NCBI GenBank assembly: GCA_963665115.1
Contig: OY762007.1
Location: 5,728,001-5,792,000 of the forward strand
Length of the DNA: 64,000 bases
Direction: 5' to 3'
Origin: an uncultured Rivularia sp.
GTDB taxonomy: Bacteria > Cyanobacteriota > Cyanobacteriia > Cyanobacteriales > Nostocaceae
In this document: positions 40,515 to 52,127 of the stretch, piece by piece
Layout of the letters: every line of letters starts with the position of its first letter
Position numbering within the stretch: the stretch's first letter is position 1
Notes under the pieces: generated by a model
What the model saw: the letters and a program-made list of their open reading frames with translations, nothing else
The model's database searches: none
What the model was told of the DNA's origin: nothing
Made by a program: the position numbers and the translations under genes

Positions 40515-42066
40515 TCACGCACGAATAACAGTAATCGAACGTTGATTTTCTGTCACAACAATCTGTGTCGATAAACGTTCTTCGATTGGTAATGCATTTT
40601 TACGTCTGTCAAACACAAGTAACCAGCCTTCATTCAATCCCAAACGGGCTAAATAGGATTCTAACTGCTCAATACCTTCGGTTTGGGGGGTCACGTTTCT
40701 TTTCACGCCATACTTTTAACTCGATACCAAGAGTAGTAGAACCATACCTTAAGCATAAATCCATCCTGTCACTACCGATAGCATATTCTCGCTCAAGAGT
40801 TCCGCCACCATTAACAACGCGATGCAAAAAAGCCATTAATACTAAATGAGGTGCGATTTCATGGTAAACAGCGCTGCCTAATAATGGTTCTCCATGCTGT
40901 CTCCAGAATTTAATAAAAGCTTCTAATAAAGCATCTTTATTTAATTCTCCTTCAGGGGTTAACCAACTAGGACTAATATGGGGTAAACTGTCCTGGGTTC
41001 CTTGAACTAAAGCACGGGGAATAACTTCGCGATAAATCGGGTTTGCAATTACAAGTCCCCCCGCAGGATCGCGTCGTAATAATCCTAAATCAATTAGATA
41101 TTGGCGATCATCGTTGGGAGTATCACCTAATGTTTGTCCTGCTAATATTGGTTCGATGATATTTCTAACTCGTTTTTCTCGCAGTTTTTCTGCAAGTGAA
41201 TCGAGATGAGTATCTTGACGGGCGATTAATATTTCCTTAGCTTGTAAAATATGCTCTTTGGTAATAGCAATACTTCTATTCTTAACCATTTTTTCCACAA
41301 CTTCCTTAGCCAATGCATTCACTAACCAAGGTTGTCCTTGGGTTAAATCAAATGCTGTTGCGGTTGCTTCTGGTGTAAAAATTTGTCCTGTATCTTCAGT
41401 ATGCTGCTGATATAGCTCTACAACTTCTTCGGCATTAAAATTTCTTAAAGTGATAGAACTAACTTTGATATTAAAAGGGCTAGCTGTGTTTAATCTCTCA
41501 CTCCCTCCTGATGCCACCTTATAATCCCGCACATCTCGTAAACCAATTAATCCTACAGATGAAGGAAAGTTTTTCGGACGACTGCGATAGCCATCTCGTA
41601 ATTGTCGCAATACCGAAATTAAGGTTTCATCTTGTAAAGAATCAATTTCATCGATAAATAATACCAACGGACGCTTGATTGCTCGCGAGAAAGCTCTTAA
41701 ATTTTCCTTAATTCGCTGTCCTGGAGAATTGTAAATCCAAGCTGGAGGTTGTAACTCTGAAGGTAAATAATCCTCAATAGTATCGCGCCAAGTTCCCAAA
41801 ATTGCTAATTCTGCTGCATTGGGGTCATTATTAAAGGCGCTTCCCACCTCCACTGATACCATCACAGCCCCGTAACGTCCACTTTCGGTTAGCTGTTGCG
41901 CTAGCGCTAGCATTGCTGTTGTTTTACCTGTTTGACGAGGTGCATGAACTACAAAATAACTTTCTTGTTCTAACAGCATTGACAAGTCGGGTAGCCGACT
42001 TGTTGGTGGTAACATATAGTGTTTTTCTGCTTTACAAGGACCAGCAATGTTAAACCAGCGAGACAT
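40515..42066 (-). CDS. AAA-like ATPase with C-terminal PD-(D/E)XK nuclease-like domain; +1 frameshift at run 40685-40690
   Basis: HAPRQTGKTT, LFIDEIDSL, EREYAIGSDRMDL..IELK; removing one base gives RDPQTEGIEQLESYL. Confidence 0.85.
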
Positions 42067-42164
42067 TTAATGGTTATAGTTATCGGACACTTTGAGTTTA
42101 GACGATTTTGGGTTAGGAATTTCTTAATTGAGGAAACTGCGGACAGCTTATCTATTTTTGAAAT

Positions 42165-42740
42165 ATGCCTAAAAACAAATTACTACTATCTGATGTTTTC
42201 ATCGGTAAATTATCTATTAAAGATAGGAATTTATTAGCAAGAAAAAATATTATTTTAGGTGGTGTATATATATTTTTCCCAATACTAGGAGTTTTCATCG
42301 GTACGTTAATTATAGGTATAAAAGGTATTTATGCAATCTTATTTTTTTCTCCCCTTATAATGGGTGGAATTTGGATTGTAATTTATCATTTTGGTCTTTT
42401 ATACGGCATTTTTTTAGTTTCAAAAGAGGAAAGGGTATGGGTTGCAAAATATAAAGGAGAAATAGTAGGTTCTGTAAGTGTACGTTGTAAAGAGAAATAT
42501 TCGATTTTACAAATTATCTGGGTTAAACCTGTATTTCAACGAATGGGAGTAGGTTCTGCTCTCATACACAAACTTAATCAAGAATTAATTATGCCTTTGT
42601 ATGTGCAAGCCGCTCCCGGAACTAAAAATTTCTATCGGAAGCTCGGCTTTACAAAGCTATCAGTAAAACATCGAAAAATATTACCAAGAAGATTTCAGTA
42701 TATGCTTATTAACATGGTTCTAGATATTCATAAAGTTTAA
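42165..42740 (+). CDS. GNAT acetyltransferase with N-terminal transmembrane hairpin
   Basis: WVKPVFQRMGVGSALI, NFYRKLGF; two hydrophobic segments. Confidence 0.82.
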   Translation: MPKNKLLLSDVFIGKLSIKDRNLLARKNIILGGVYIFFPILGVFIGTLIIGIKGIYAILFFSPLIMGGIWIVIYHFGLLYGIFLVSKEERVWVAKYKGEIVGSVSVRCKEKYSILQIIWVKPVFQRMGVGSALIHKLNQELIMPLYVQAAPGTKNFYRKLGFTKLSVKHRKILPRRFQYMLINMVLDIHKV

Positions 42741-42869
42741 AAGTTACTTGAAAAGTCGATGGAGTAGGAAAAACTATGGGCGATCGCCTAGTATCACACT
42801 AATATTCTAACTACAGTTAAATTCTTAACAATGCCCAATGCCCAATGCCCAATCCCCTATTACCCAATT

Positions 42870-44024
42870 TTAAATAATCCCCAATACAAACTCACCTTCA
42901 TTAACTGCTTGATTAGCAGAAACATCGTACACAAATCCATCTCGAACGGCAAAAATATCTACCGTTGTCGGTAATTTACCTTGTTTATTAAAACTAAGAA
43001 TTTGATAAAGCTGTTCTCCTGCTTTTACTTCTGTTCCAAGGGCAATTCTTGAGTTAATCATTCCACCAACAGTTGCGTAATATTTTGTAGCTTTACTTTT
43101 AGTTTTAAAACTCATTTGATTATTTTTTGGTGGAAAATCATCTAATTTAAAATCCTTAGATAAAACACCCTTTTGTTTTAAATAATTTTTTATCCCTCGA
43201 ACACCTTTTGAAACTGAATCGGGAATCATTTCCATTCCTCTACCAAGTTCAAGCGTCCAAGCCTCTACATCAAATTTTATAGTTCTACCTAATTGTTGAA
43301 AATATTTTTCCAATGCTAGCCAAGGTTTAATAAAAGCTTCGTCAAAAGCATCTCCGTCATATTCATCTAATAAAATACCAAAATCGAGCAGGAAAAATTT
43401 AGCGCTTTCTTCTCTATTATTAAAATAATAAAGATAGTCTAAACCTTGATTTGTGGAACTATGAATATCAATCAAGTAATCTGCATCTACGCTTAGAGAC
43501 TGTAATTTGTAGCTAAACTTTTCCGTATAAGGTACTCCACTATAGGAATTAATATCATCTGAAAGCTTGACAAATTGTTGCTTTATTGCATCTAAAAAAT
43601 TATTTCTAATCTGCTCTAAATCTAGATCGAGTTGAGATTGAGCGAATGCTAATAATTTATTTTCACTATTACTGCTAACTTCGGATATATCTTTCTCATA
43701 ATCCCAAAAAATACGATTCCAATCTTTAGCTTCATAAGCACAATATCTACCAGAAGAAAAGTGATGAGAGCGTTGATTAGTTCCCATAGGATTACAAACA
43801 GGAAGCAGCCAGACTTCTCCAATTAAATCCGTATTATCCAACATCCATAAAAACTCAATTAGCTGATGAATAACAGCATTCCCCACAATTTCCGCACCAT
43901 GAAGATTTGATTGAATGTAAACTTTTTTGCCGGGATTAGCACCGATAAATTTGTAAACTTGTAGCGATAAAATATCGCCAGAAGCCATTTGACGTAAAGG
44001 AATTGTGGAAATAATAGGGAGCAT
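42870..44024 (-). CDS. Succinylglutamate desuccinylase / aspartoacylase family (M14-like) protein
   Basis: LHGAEIVG, CNPMG, DWNR, IDIHS, TLELG. Confidence 0.88.
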   Translation of the reverse strand: MLPIISTIPLRQMASGDILSLQVYKFIGANPGKKVYIQSNLHGAEIVGNAVIHQLIEFLWMLDNTDLIGEVWLLPVCNPMGTNQRSHHFSSGRYCAYEAKDWNRIFWDYEKDISEVSSNSENKLLAFAQSQLDLDLEQIRNNFLDAIKQQFVKLSDDINSYSGVPYTEKFSYKLQSLSVDADYLIDIHSSTNQGLDYLYYFNNREESAKFFLLDFGILLDEYDGDAFDEAFIKPWLALEKYFQQLGRTIKFDVEAWTLELGRGMEMIPDSVSKGVRGIKNYLKQKGVLSKDFKLDDFPPKNNQMSFKTKSKATKYYATVGGMINSRIALGTEVKAGEQLYQILSFNKQGKLPTTVDIFAVRDGFVYDVSANQAVNEGEFVLGII

Positions 44025-44172
44025 TAATGATTAGAAATTATAAATCCTAAATTTCCAAATTATCTTTTTTTAGGACTTACGCATAGCCCCCCTTCGATCC
44101 ATCGCTGCCGTTTCAATACCTAAAATACTTGTACCATCAACGATTAAGCTAATTGAAAAGCATTTTTAGTTA

Positions 44173-45072
44173 CTAATTCCAAATATTCCCTTGTTTAACC
44201 ATAAAATCAATAAAAGCTTGAATGCGTGGTGAAACCAATCGTCTATCTAAATAAAGTGCGGTAAAAGGAACTTCCGGTGGTCTGTAATCAATTAAAATCT
44301 CTTCTAAAATCCCTTCTTTTAAAGCATTAATAGCCATAAATCCGGGCATCTGACTGATTCCTATTCCCAGCATCGCAGTCTCTCCCACTGCTTCACCATC
44401 GTCAATAGTTAACATCCCTTCAAGAATTCTGCGTTCAACCTGCCCGTTAATAGTAAAAAACCAAGGCATCAAACGACCAGTTTTTCGGTTGCGAAAGTTT
44501 AAGCAGTTGTATTGCTTTAGCTCATCTGGATGTTGCGGTTTTCCATACAAATCAAGATATTCAGGAGTAGCACAGGTAATTAAAGGATCGAGAAACAACT
44601 TTCTCGCCATCAGATTGGCACTATCAGCCAATGTTCCTACGCGAATTGCTACATCAACACTTTCAGCAGCTAAGTCTACATCTATATCGTCAAGGGAAAG
44701 TTCTACTGATATTTGGGGATAGATTTGAAGAAATTGAGTAATGATTTTTGTACCCCACATTCGGCCGTAAGCAGCAGACATACTAATTTTCAATTTTCCT
44801 TGTGGTTCCCTTGAGCTATCTTTTAACTCTTCGGTAAGAGTATTAATTTCATTTAAAAGTCTTTGAGCAACTTCGTAAAACCTTTCCCCTTCAGGAGTTA
44901 GACCAACACTGCGAGTTGTTCGATGCAGTAATTTCACTCCTAACTCTTCTTCTAATTTGGCTACTGCTTTACTAGTTGCAGGTGGAGAAAGATTTAATTC
45001 GTTCGCAGCTTCAGCAAAGCTTCTAGTTTGGGCAACTCGGATAAATATTTTGATGTTACTTAAACTCTTCAT
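44173..45072 (-). CDS. LysR family transcriptional regulator (CrgA-like)
   Basis: SFAEAA..KLEEELGVKLLHRTTRSV.LTPEG. Confidence 0.95.
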   Translation of the reverse strand: MKSLSNIKIFIRVAQTRSFAEAANELNLSPPATSKAVAKLEEELGVKLLHRTTRSVGLTPEGERFYEVAQRLLNEINTLTEELKDSSREPQGKLKISMSAAYGRMWGTKIITQFLQIYPQISVELSLDDIDVDLAAESVDVAIRVGTLADSANLMARKLFLDPLITCATPEYLDLYGKPQHPDELKQYNCLNFRNRKTGRLMPWFFTINGQVERRILEGMLTIDDGEAVGETAMLGIGISQMPGFMAINALKEGILEEILIDYRPPEVPFTALYLDRRLVSPRIQAFIDFMVKQGNIWN

Positions 45073-45177
45073 TTCTCTATTAGTGAAAAAAAGTAAAGAA
45101 TGAATCTACTTTTAAGCTATTTATCTTAATTTACTTTGAAATTATTCTGTATTTAGAAACAATTATTAAATCAAAAT

Positions 45178-45687
45178 TTGACTGTGAATCCTCAACAAAC
45201 TTTCGATGCTATTTCTCAATCAGAGCAGATTGGTCGCCAAATCTATAAAGGCTTTAACGAACGTAAATTAGACCTCTGGGATGAAGTTGTTGCACCAGAT
45301 GTAGAAGTTCGTAGCAGCGTTGGTACGATGCCTATGACTGGTTTAGAAGCACTCAAAGGATGGGCTGCCCAATTCCATTCTGGATTTCAACCCCGACTCG
45401 ACCTTGTAGATGAAATTTATGGTGTAAATCGCGCTACCATTGCTGTCAACTTGAATTGGAAGCATGACAAGCAATTTTTCCACCTTGAACCTACAGGTAG
45501 GATAGGTACTTCAATTGAATACTTTATTCTCTGGATTACTGATGGAAAAGTGACGCGCTTTTGGGTTGCAGATCACACGATGGATTTGACCATGTATTTA
45601 ATTCGCGAACGAGGAATGCACTATCCTCAGAATTTTGTTCCAGAACCTATTATTCGTGGTGAAGAGCCTAGCAAGTTTGCGCTCTAA
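45178..45687 (+). CDS. SnoaL-like / ester cyclase (NTF2 fold) protein
   Basis: LDLWDEVVAPD..GLEALK..FFHLEPTGR..DGKVTRFW. Confidence 0.78.
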   Translation: MTVNPQQTFDAISQSEQIGRQIYKGFNERKLDLWDEVVAPDVEVRSSVGTMPMTGLEALKGWAAQFHSGFQPRLDLVDEIYGVNRATIAVNLNWKHDKQFFHLEPTGRIGTSIEYFILWITDGKVTRFWVADHTMDLTMYLIRERGMHYPQNFVPEPIIRGEEPSKFAL

Positions 45688-45729
45688 GACAGTGAATTCG
45701 ATGGATAAATTACATTAGGAATTAATCTC

Positions 45730-46746
45730 ATGGCTAAAATCGTTCGTTTTCATAAACCTGGTGATGCCAGCGTTCTGCAACTCGAAGACGTTCCCGTACA
45801 AGAACCCGGTTTTGGTGAAGTACGTATAAAAGTAGAAGCTTTTGCTTTGAATCGAGCCGAAGTTTATTTTCGCCAAAACCAATACATTCATCCTCCTTCA
45901 TTACCATCTCGGATTGGTTATGATGCAGCAGGAATTATCGATGCAGTAGGTGAAGGAGTAACAAATATTGCTGTAGGCGACCGCGTTTCAACTTACCCTG
46001 CTTTTAATCAAGGAGACTATGGAGTATATGGCGAATGGGCAATTGTGCCTGCTCATGCCGTACTGCAATATCCCGATCGCCTTTCTCCCCAAGAAGCTGC
46101 AACTACAGGCGTACAGTACATGACAGGCTATTTTGCGCTGTTTGAATACGGACAACTCAAAGCAGGCGATCGCATTTTGATTACCGCCGCTAGCAGCAGC
46201 ACGGGTGTAGCAGCGATCGGTCTGGCTAAAGCTGTGGGAGCTACTGTAATTGCTACCACACGCACATCCGCAAAGAAACAACAGCTAATTGATTTGGGTG
46301 CCTCTAAAGTAATTGCTACTCAAGAAGAAGATTTAGTTGAATTAGTGCGCGATATAACTGATGGTAAAGGTGTTGAAGTTATCTACGATCCAATTGCTGG
46401 GGGAATGCTAGATGCGTTTGCTCAGATGATTTCCCCGACAGGTGCAATTGTTCTTTATGGAGCGCTGGATTTATCTCCCATCACCTTTCCCCTGTTTCCG
46501 CTGTTAATTAAGGGAGCGCGGGTTTATCCTTATAAAGTTTTTGATTTCACAGGGCTACCCATTCTAAATTTGCCAGTGCAGCCCGAAGCTGTTGAGCGAG
46601 CCAAAGCATTTATCGTTAACAAGCTTAAAGATGGTTCGCTTAAACCCGTAATTGCCAAGACATTCCCACTTGAGCAAGTCGCAGATGCCCATCGTTATAT
46701 GGAATCTAACCAACAAGTAGGCAAAATTGTTGTCACCACCTACTAA
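45730..46746 (+). CDS. MDR-superfamily NADPH:quinone oxidoreductase-like protein
   Basis: IGYDAAGIIDAVGEGV, ILITAASSSTG, AHRYMESNQQVGKIVV. Confidence 0.92.
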   Translation: MAKIVRFHKPGDASVLQLEDVPVQEPGFGEVRIKVEAFALNRAEVYFRQNQYIHPPSLPSRIGYDAAGIIDAVGEGVTNIAVGDRVSTYPAFNQGDYGVYGEWAIVPAHAVLQYPDRLSPQEAATTGVQYMTGYFALFEYGQLKAGDRILITAASSSTGVAAIGLAKAVGATVIATTRTSAKKQQLIDLGASKVIATQEEDLVELVRDITDGKGVEVIYDPIAGGMLDAFAQMISPTGAIVLYGALDLSPITFPLFPLLIKGARVYPYKVFDFTGLPILNLPVQPEAVERAKAFIVNKLKDGSLKPVIAKTFPLEQVADAHRYMESNQQVGKIVVTTY

Positions 46747-46826
46747 TAATCTTTTTCATCAATTTCGACCATCCGTAGTGGGAGCGTCTCGCTCCCTGGT
46801 AACAATTAAGCAGCTAAAATCTCTTC

Positions 46827-47420
46827 TTATCTCCAAAAATCGGTAATAGAATACCCTATCTCCAACAACATTAACCGCAATAAAGGTAAACTCAAACCAA
46901 CTACATTACTGTAACAACCTTCTATTTTCTCTACAAAAACCGAACCTTTACCTTCCAATGCAAAAGCACCAGCACATTTAAGGGGTTCTTCCGTAGCAAC
47001 ATAAGCATTGATTTCAGCATCGCTCGCCGAAGCAAAATAAACTTTCGTCACTTGATGCTTAACTAAAGTGCGATTTTGAACGTTATCAACAAAAACGTGT
47101 CCAGTATAAAGTTCGCCGTAATTACCTCGCATCATCAGCCATCGCTGACGTGCTTCTTCTGGAGTCGCAGGTTTACCATGAATTTCGCCATCGATCGCTA
47201 AAACTGAATCGCAACCCATAACTAAAGCAGTTTGAAAATGTGGTGCGACAGTTTCAGCTTTGCGTAAAGCCAGAGTTTCCACCAATTCTGCTGGATTTTC
47301 AAGTTGAATCTGCGACTCATCGAAATTGCTCGCGTAAACAAAAGGTTGAATCCCGACATTTTGCAGCAAACGACGACGCGCAGGTGAAGCAGAAGCAAGG
47401 ACAAAAGTTGGAGTACCCAT
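46827..47420 (-). CDS. maf: Maf family nucleoside triphosphate pyrophosphatase
   Basis: [34 protein letters not shown]. Confidence 0.93.
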   Translation of the reverse strand: MGTPTFVLASASPARRRLLQNVGIQPFVYASNFDESQIQLENPAELVETLALRKAETVAPHFQTALVMGCDSVLAIDGEIHGKPATPEEARQRWLMMRGNYGELYTGHVFVDNVQNRTLVKHQVTKVYFASASDAEINAYVATEEPLKCAGAFALEGKGSVFVEKIEGCYSNVVGLSLPLLRLMLLEIGYSITDFWR

Positions 47421-47622
47421 ATTTTTAGAGGAGATGGGGAGACAAGGGGACAAGGGGACAAGGGGAGGAGGAAGAGGGGGAGAAAGAGGGAGAAAGATTT
47501 ATAGATGGTTAATAGATGGTTATTTGTAGTGTCTGCTCCGCAAGCTCCCTGATTGTTTCCAATTACCAATTACCTATTACCTATTACCTATTACCTATGC
47601 CCAATCCCCAATCCCCAATTGA

Positions 47623-48172
47623 TTAATCGACGCGGAAGGAACCTACAGAATCTTGAATCATTCGTTTCATGCGATTCCAACGTCTTTGGGGTACTGAAGC
47701 GTTGAAGGTAAATAGCTTACCGCGACTGACGGCGACGCTAGCAAGGTTGTGACGCTCTCGGTTGTTAGGAAAATTGACTAAATACTCTAATAAATAATAG
47801 GTTTTACCATCTTCGCCTTGTGTTTGTTCGGCGTTTACTAATTCTGCTGTACGATTAGAGCCTTCGGGAGCAAGAGCATTTTTTCCTAACTTATATCCGA
47901 CTTCTGTTGGGGTACCTAATTCTGTTAAAGTTTGATTTGAGGGAACCGGACTCATGACTACAGATACGTTTTCAGTTGTTTCGATGAAATCGTGAAAAAC
48001 AACATCGGGGGCCGTTATTTATGTCTACTTCTACCCAACCAGTAGGATATAAGAATTGATAGCCGTCAGTTGAGTCTATATAACTGTTAAGTGCGGCGGC
48101 GGTTGCTGTACCAATATTAGTCAGGCACAGGCTAAATACTAAAAATAAAGTAATTGAAATTCGTTTCCACAT
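47623..48172 (-). CDS. psbP: PsbP-like protein (CyanoP); +1 frameshift at run 48007-48011
   Basis: DGYQFLYPTGW; removing one base gives GPDVVFHDFIETTENVSVVMSPVP joining to LGTPTEVG..GKTYYLLEY. Confidence 0.88.
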
Positions 48173-48243
48173 TGGTTCTAGTTCCTGAATAGCTGGAAAT
48201 AATGCTCCCCGTAAGGGTAATTTCTCGTTTTATTGTCCCACGT

Positions 48244-48674
48244 ATGCTGACAACTTATGAAGTTCGATGGTTTAGCTCGGGAATATTCCTTTATATATTG
48301 AATCTTGGTTTAAGCACGGTTGCTTATTGTCACCCACAAAAGTACCAGAAAAAAGATAAGATGTATATCTTTACACGCCTGGATGCGATTACTTAGGAAT
48401 TAAATTACGTCAAGGAGGATTAGAAATCAAATGGCGTTATTTAGAAAAAACCGCGATGCAGTTTGGTTCTCTAGTAAAAGGTAATGTTGAAAAATGGAAA
48501 AAGTGGCGATGTGCGGATTCTAGTGAAGAAAGTTTTTCTCTTCAACAAATTGGTGATAATCCTGTATGGGTAAAAGTTGGAAAAGTTCGTTACTCGCAGC
48601 TTTATCAAGTTGTGGAGAAAACACTACAAGCTGTTTTTAATGATGCGGGTGTAGATTTGAATGCAGCCGAATGA
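48244..48674 (+). pseudogene. Degraded conserved hypothetical (CYTH-like) gene
   Basis: MLTTYEVRWF, then a frameshift near 48278, in-frame TAA at 48357-48359 (R*DVYL), LGIKLRQGGLEIKWR..GNVEKWKKW, truncated end. Confidence 0.72.
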
Positions 48675-48824
48675 GTAATTCCACCAACAAAAAAATTTCA
48701 TCAAAACTGGTTGTATAAAAAATTAGGTGTTATAACTGATATTTCTGCATCTCAGCTACCCAATTTCCAATTTTGGTTTTTGGAGTAGAAGCTAATAAAA
48801 TCAGGTCATCAGGAGACATCTACT

Positions 48825-49817
48825 ATGCCTTTAAAAAATTACGGTGTTCTCAAAGGTAAGGCAATTGACAGAAAGTTAGGAAGTGGTAATAACCCTCACT
48901 ACCAGGTACTGATCGATACAAATGGAGTAAAGCATCGCATCGCTGTCAATGTAAAGTCAAAGCTCAGCCCTTCGGAATTACTGTATTTTGTAGACGATAA
49001 TTTTGAGCATCCAATCACTCAAGAATTGGTTAAATTGGATTACGGGTTTAATCACTTAGATCGAAAACCCGGCGGATTAGCTTTGGACTACGTTCGAGGT
49101 AATATGTTCGATACAACTCAGATGAAACCATTACCTCACGATGTTCCTGGCCCCGATAACGATTTAAATGAATTAATTGAACTGTATGTAGGGCGATCGC
49201 AAAGTAGCGAAGATGCTGTTATCTACGCTTTTGGTGAGAAATGGGGGCCAGAAACCGACACCAAAGACAAATATTTTGATTTTGTTCCCGGTAACGGTAT
49301 TCATGACATCCATATGAATCAAGGTAGTGTCGGTAGATTCCAAAAAGATAATGGAGTTTGGCAAGATGGTGGTTTGTTAATTCACTATCCCAACCGCGAA
49401 CAATGGGTCGGTATTTTCTTAACTTTCCAATCGCAATCTTTCCATACTGACGATAAGAATGGTGACAGATTAGACTCTTTACTTGCTGCTAGTACTGCGG
49501 ATATTCGCATTTTAGCTGCTTTAGTTAATCCAGTAGGTAGCGACCGTAACACTGAAACGGTGACTTTAATTAATACCTCAACAGATAAAGTTGATTTAAG
49601 TGGATGGGCACTTACCGATTACGACAAACGCAAACATCATCTAGATGGCGCAATCAATCCAGGCGAAGTATTACAGGTGCCTTTAGTTAGTAACGGTATT
49701 TCTCTAGAAAATAAAGGCGGTACAATTACCTTGCTTGATAGACAAGGTATCAAAATTGACGGCGTTTCCTATACAAAAGAAGACGTACAAAAGGAAGGTA
49801 AAACAGTTGTGTTTTAG
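48825..49817 (+). CDS. YukJ/DUF2278 family protein fused to a lamin-tail domain
   Basis: NYGVLKG, ALDYVRGN, GIHDIHMNQG, WQDGGL; C-terminal ILAALVNPVG..ETVTLIN..VDLSGWAL. Confidence 0.88.
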   Translation: MPLKNYGVLKGKAIDRKLGSGNNPHYQVLIDTNGVKHRIAVNVKSKLSPSELLYFVDDNFEHPITQELVKLDYGFNHLDRKPGGLALDYVRGNMFDTTQMKPLPHDVPGPDNDLNELIELYVGRSQSSEDAVIYAFGEKWGPETDTKDKYFDFVPGNGIHDIHMNQGSVGRFQKDNGVWQDGGLLIHYPNREQWVGIFLTFQSQSFHTDDKNGDRLDSLLAASTADIRILAALVNPVGSDRNTETVTLINTSTDKVDLSGWALTDYDKRKHHLDGAINPGEVLQVPLVSNGISLENKGGTITLLDRQGIKIDGVSYTKEDVQKEGKTVVF

Positions 49818-49881
49818 TTAGTTGTTAGTTGTTAGTTGTTAGTTATTTATTACTATCCACTAACAACTATCCAACATTAAT

Positions 49882-51271
49882 TCATCGCGCTTGCAAAACA
49901 ACTAAAGTCATATCATCGTTGTTTTGTCTATCTGAACCGATGAATTGCTTAATTGTATTAAAGAGACAATCAAGTATTTCTTGTGGATCTTTGTAATTTC
50001 TGCAAGCGTTACTAAAAGCGATTATTAGGTTTTCTTCGTCGAAACGCTCGCCGGAAGGGGAAGCGGCATCTGTTAATCCGTCAGTGTAATAAATAATTGT
50101 ATCCCCCGGCTCTAGGTATACCTGACCGTTTTCGTACTGACTGTTGGCTTCTAAACCGATAAGCATTCCATTGGTATCCAATCTGCTGACGGTTTTGGTT
50201 GCAGCGTGCCACCATAAAGGGGGATTGTGTGCGGCATTACTATAAGATAAAAGCCGTTTTTGCGGGTCGTATTCCGAGTAGAATAAGGTAATAAAGCGAC
50301 TAGAATTATCCAAATCTGCATACATAACTCGATTCAAGTTTTGCAGAATTCGGGCTGGAGAATTTAGGTGTAATACCTCACCCCGTAACATTCCTCGCAT
50401 CATCGTCATAATTAAACCGGCAGGTACGCCTTTACCCATGACATCCCCGATAACCATAGCCCAACGGTTGGCTTCAGTATCATCCATACCTTTCCCTTTA
50501 ATCATCAAATTATGATTCGTGGGGATAAAGTCGTAATAGTCTCCGCCGACATGATTTGCTGGTTTACATCTGGCAGCTAAAGCTACACCGGGAATATCTG
50601 GACATTGACGGGGCAAAAGTCGCCGCTGGATTTCTGCACCAATTTCTAATTCTTGATCGAGACGTTCTTTCTTGCGTAACTCTACTCCTAATTCATCATT
50701 TTCAATTGCAACCGCAGTTTGATCGGCTACTAAACGGACTAATTTTTGTCTAGTTTCCGTCCAGGTATATTCCGGGGTCCCTGCTTAAAACATAAAGCCA
50801 CCCACGTTCCTTGTGTTTAACCAGAATTGCAGTACCAAAAGCTTGCATATCTGGCCCCAAACAACGATGCATCTGAGCATCTAACATACCAGTCGCGGTT
50901 GCTAAGGGTGTGGCGTTTGTTGGTAAGGAAATTTTACTGCTGGCTGCTTCTAATGCCTTACGTATATTTTTGCGCTGGCGGCTATCTTGCCAATGTAGCT
51001 GTTCCAATCGAACTTGACCATTTGGTTTGTAGAGAAACAAGGCGCTACCATCAGCATCCGTTACTCTAGTTGCCATCAGCGGTATTAGTTCCAAAAACTG
51101 ATTTAAGTTGTTGAAACTCCGCAGAGCAAATCCTAAAGACGAGAGTAAATCTTGGATTTTATTCTGCTCCCGATGCAGCCGTGCCACAAGTTCTTTGAGT
51201 GCCACCACTGGAGTGACATCTGTTGGGGCACTGCTATTACTTTGTGCTGGTTGGGAAGGCAGTTGAGACAC
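49882..51271 (-). CDS. GAF + PP2C (RsbU/SpoIIE-type) Ser/Thr phosphatase; +1 frameshift at run 50774-50777
   Basis: VGGDYYDF, IGDVMGKGVPA, YTDGLTD, DDMTLVV; removing one base gives RDPEYTWTETRQKLVRLVADQTA. Confidence 0.88.
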
Positions 51272-52127
51272 AGGCGATTGTATTATATTGCTCTTTATAA
51301 TTTGACGCTTAGCAGATAATTGATCGATCAAATAATTTCAAAGTAATGCTAAACCATATTGAGACAAGGTTTACAAGTTTAGCAAGAGTAGAAAGACAAT
51401 TAGAGTAAATTTTATAACTATTTTCTTGTTTGATTTGTTTTGTTAATTTGTATAGATTTCTTATGAGCAAGGGTTTGGAGTTTAATCCCAATTTGTCTCT
51501 CGCTCGGAATATTTCTATCTCATTACAAGTTTTTAATTTTTTCATAACTTTATTCTCAAATCATATACCTTCGGACATAAAAAATATACATCTTAACGTA
51601 TTCGGGCTATATGCAGTTTTTGAACGCTAATTTAGGTATGTCCATATGGGGTCATAGCCTTTATGGGTGAGAGACTTACGCTCCTAATATCATGAATGTA
51701 AATCAATCAATTAAGATGTTATCAACAGTATGACTTAGGAGAACAAAATTACGTATCAAATCTAGGGAAAGTATACCCTAAGACCTTCAAATAAAAACTC
51801 AATCAAGATATTTTTTTAAATCATTACGTTTTTGTCTTGTATTTCCTCCTAAGAATATGTTTGTAGGTATAGCTAATAAAGAACTATTTAACAAGTGTCA
51901 AATTTTCTTATAGCTCAACTAGTATAAATATCTTTCCCTCATCTGTGAGGGAAGATAACATATAAGTGGAATAATTCCCAATTCTTCTCAGAAAGACTTT
52001 ACTTTCTTTTGAATAAATACCCTCGCAAAACAAAGACTTACGACGAAGGTTAAATTTATCCTGCGTAAGCCTCTATATGGATTATTGCTTTGTATAACCG
52101 ATTAAACTCAGGTAACAATTAACCTGC

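Noticed and set aside
40685..40690. Programmed frameshift or phase variation at the G6 run
   Set aside because: Same +1 pattern occurs in four unrelated genes with runs as short as 3 nt, pointing to sequencing error
51309..51630. Two 66-78 aa ORFs in the AT-rich ftsY-phosphatase spacer
   Set aside because: No motifs, mutually overlapping, composition typical of non-coding AT-rich DNA
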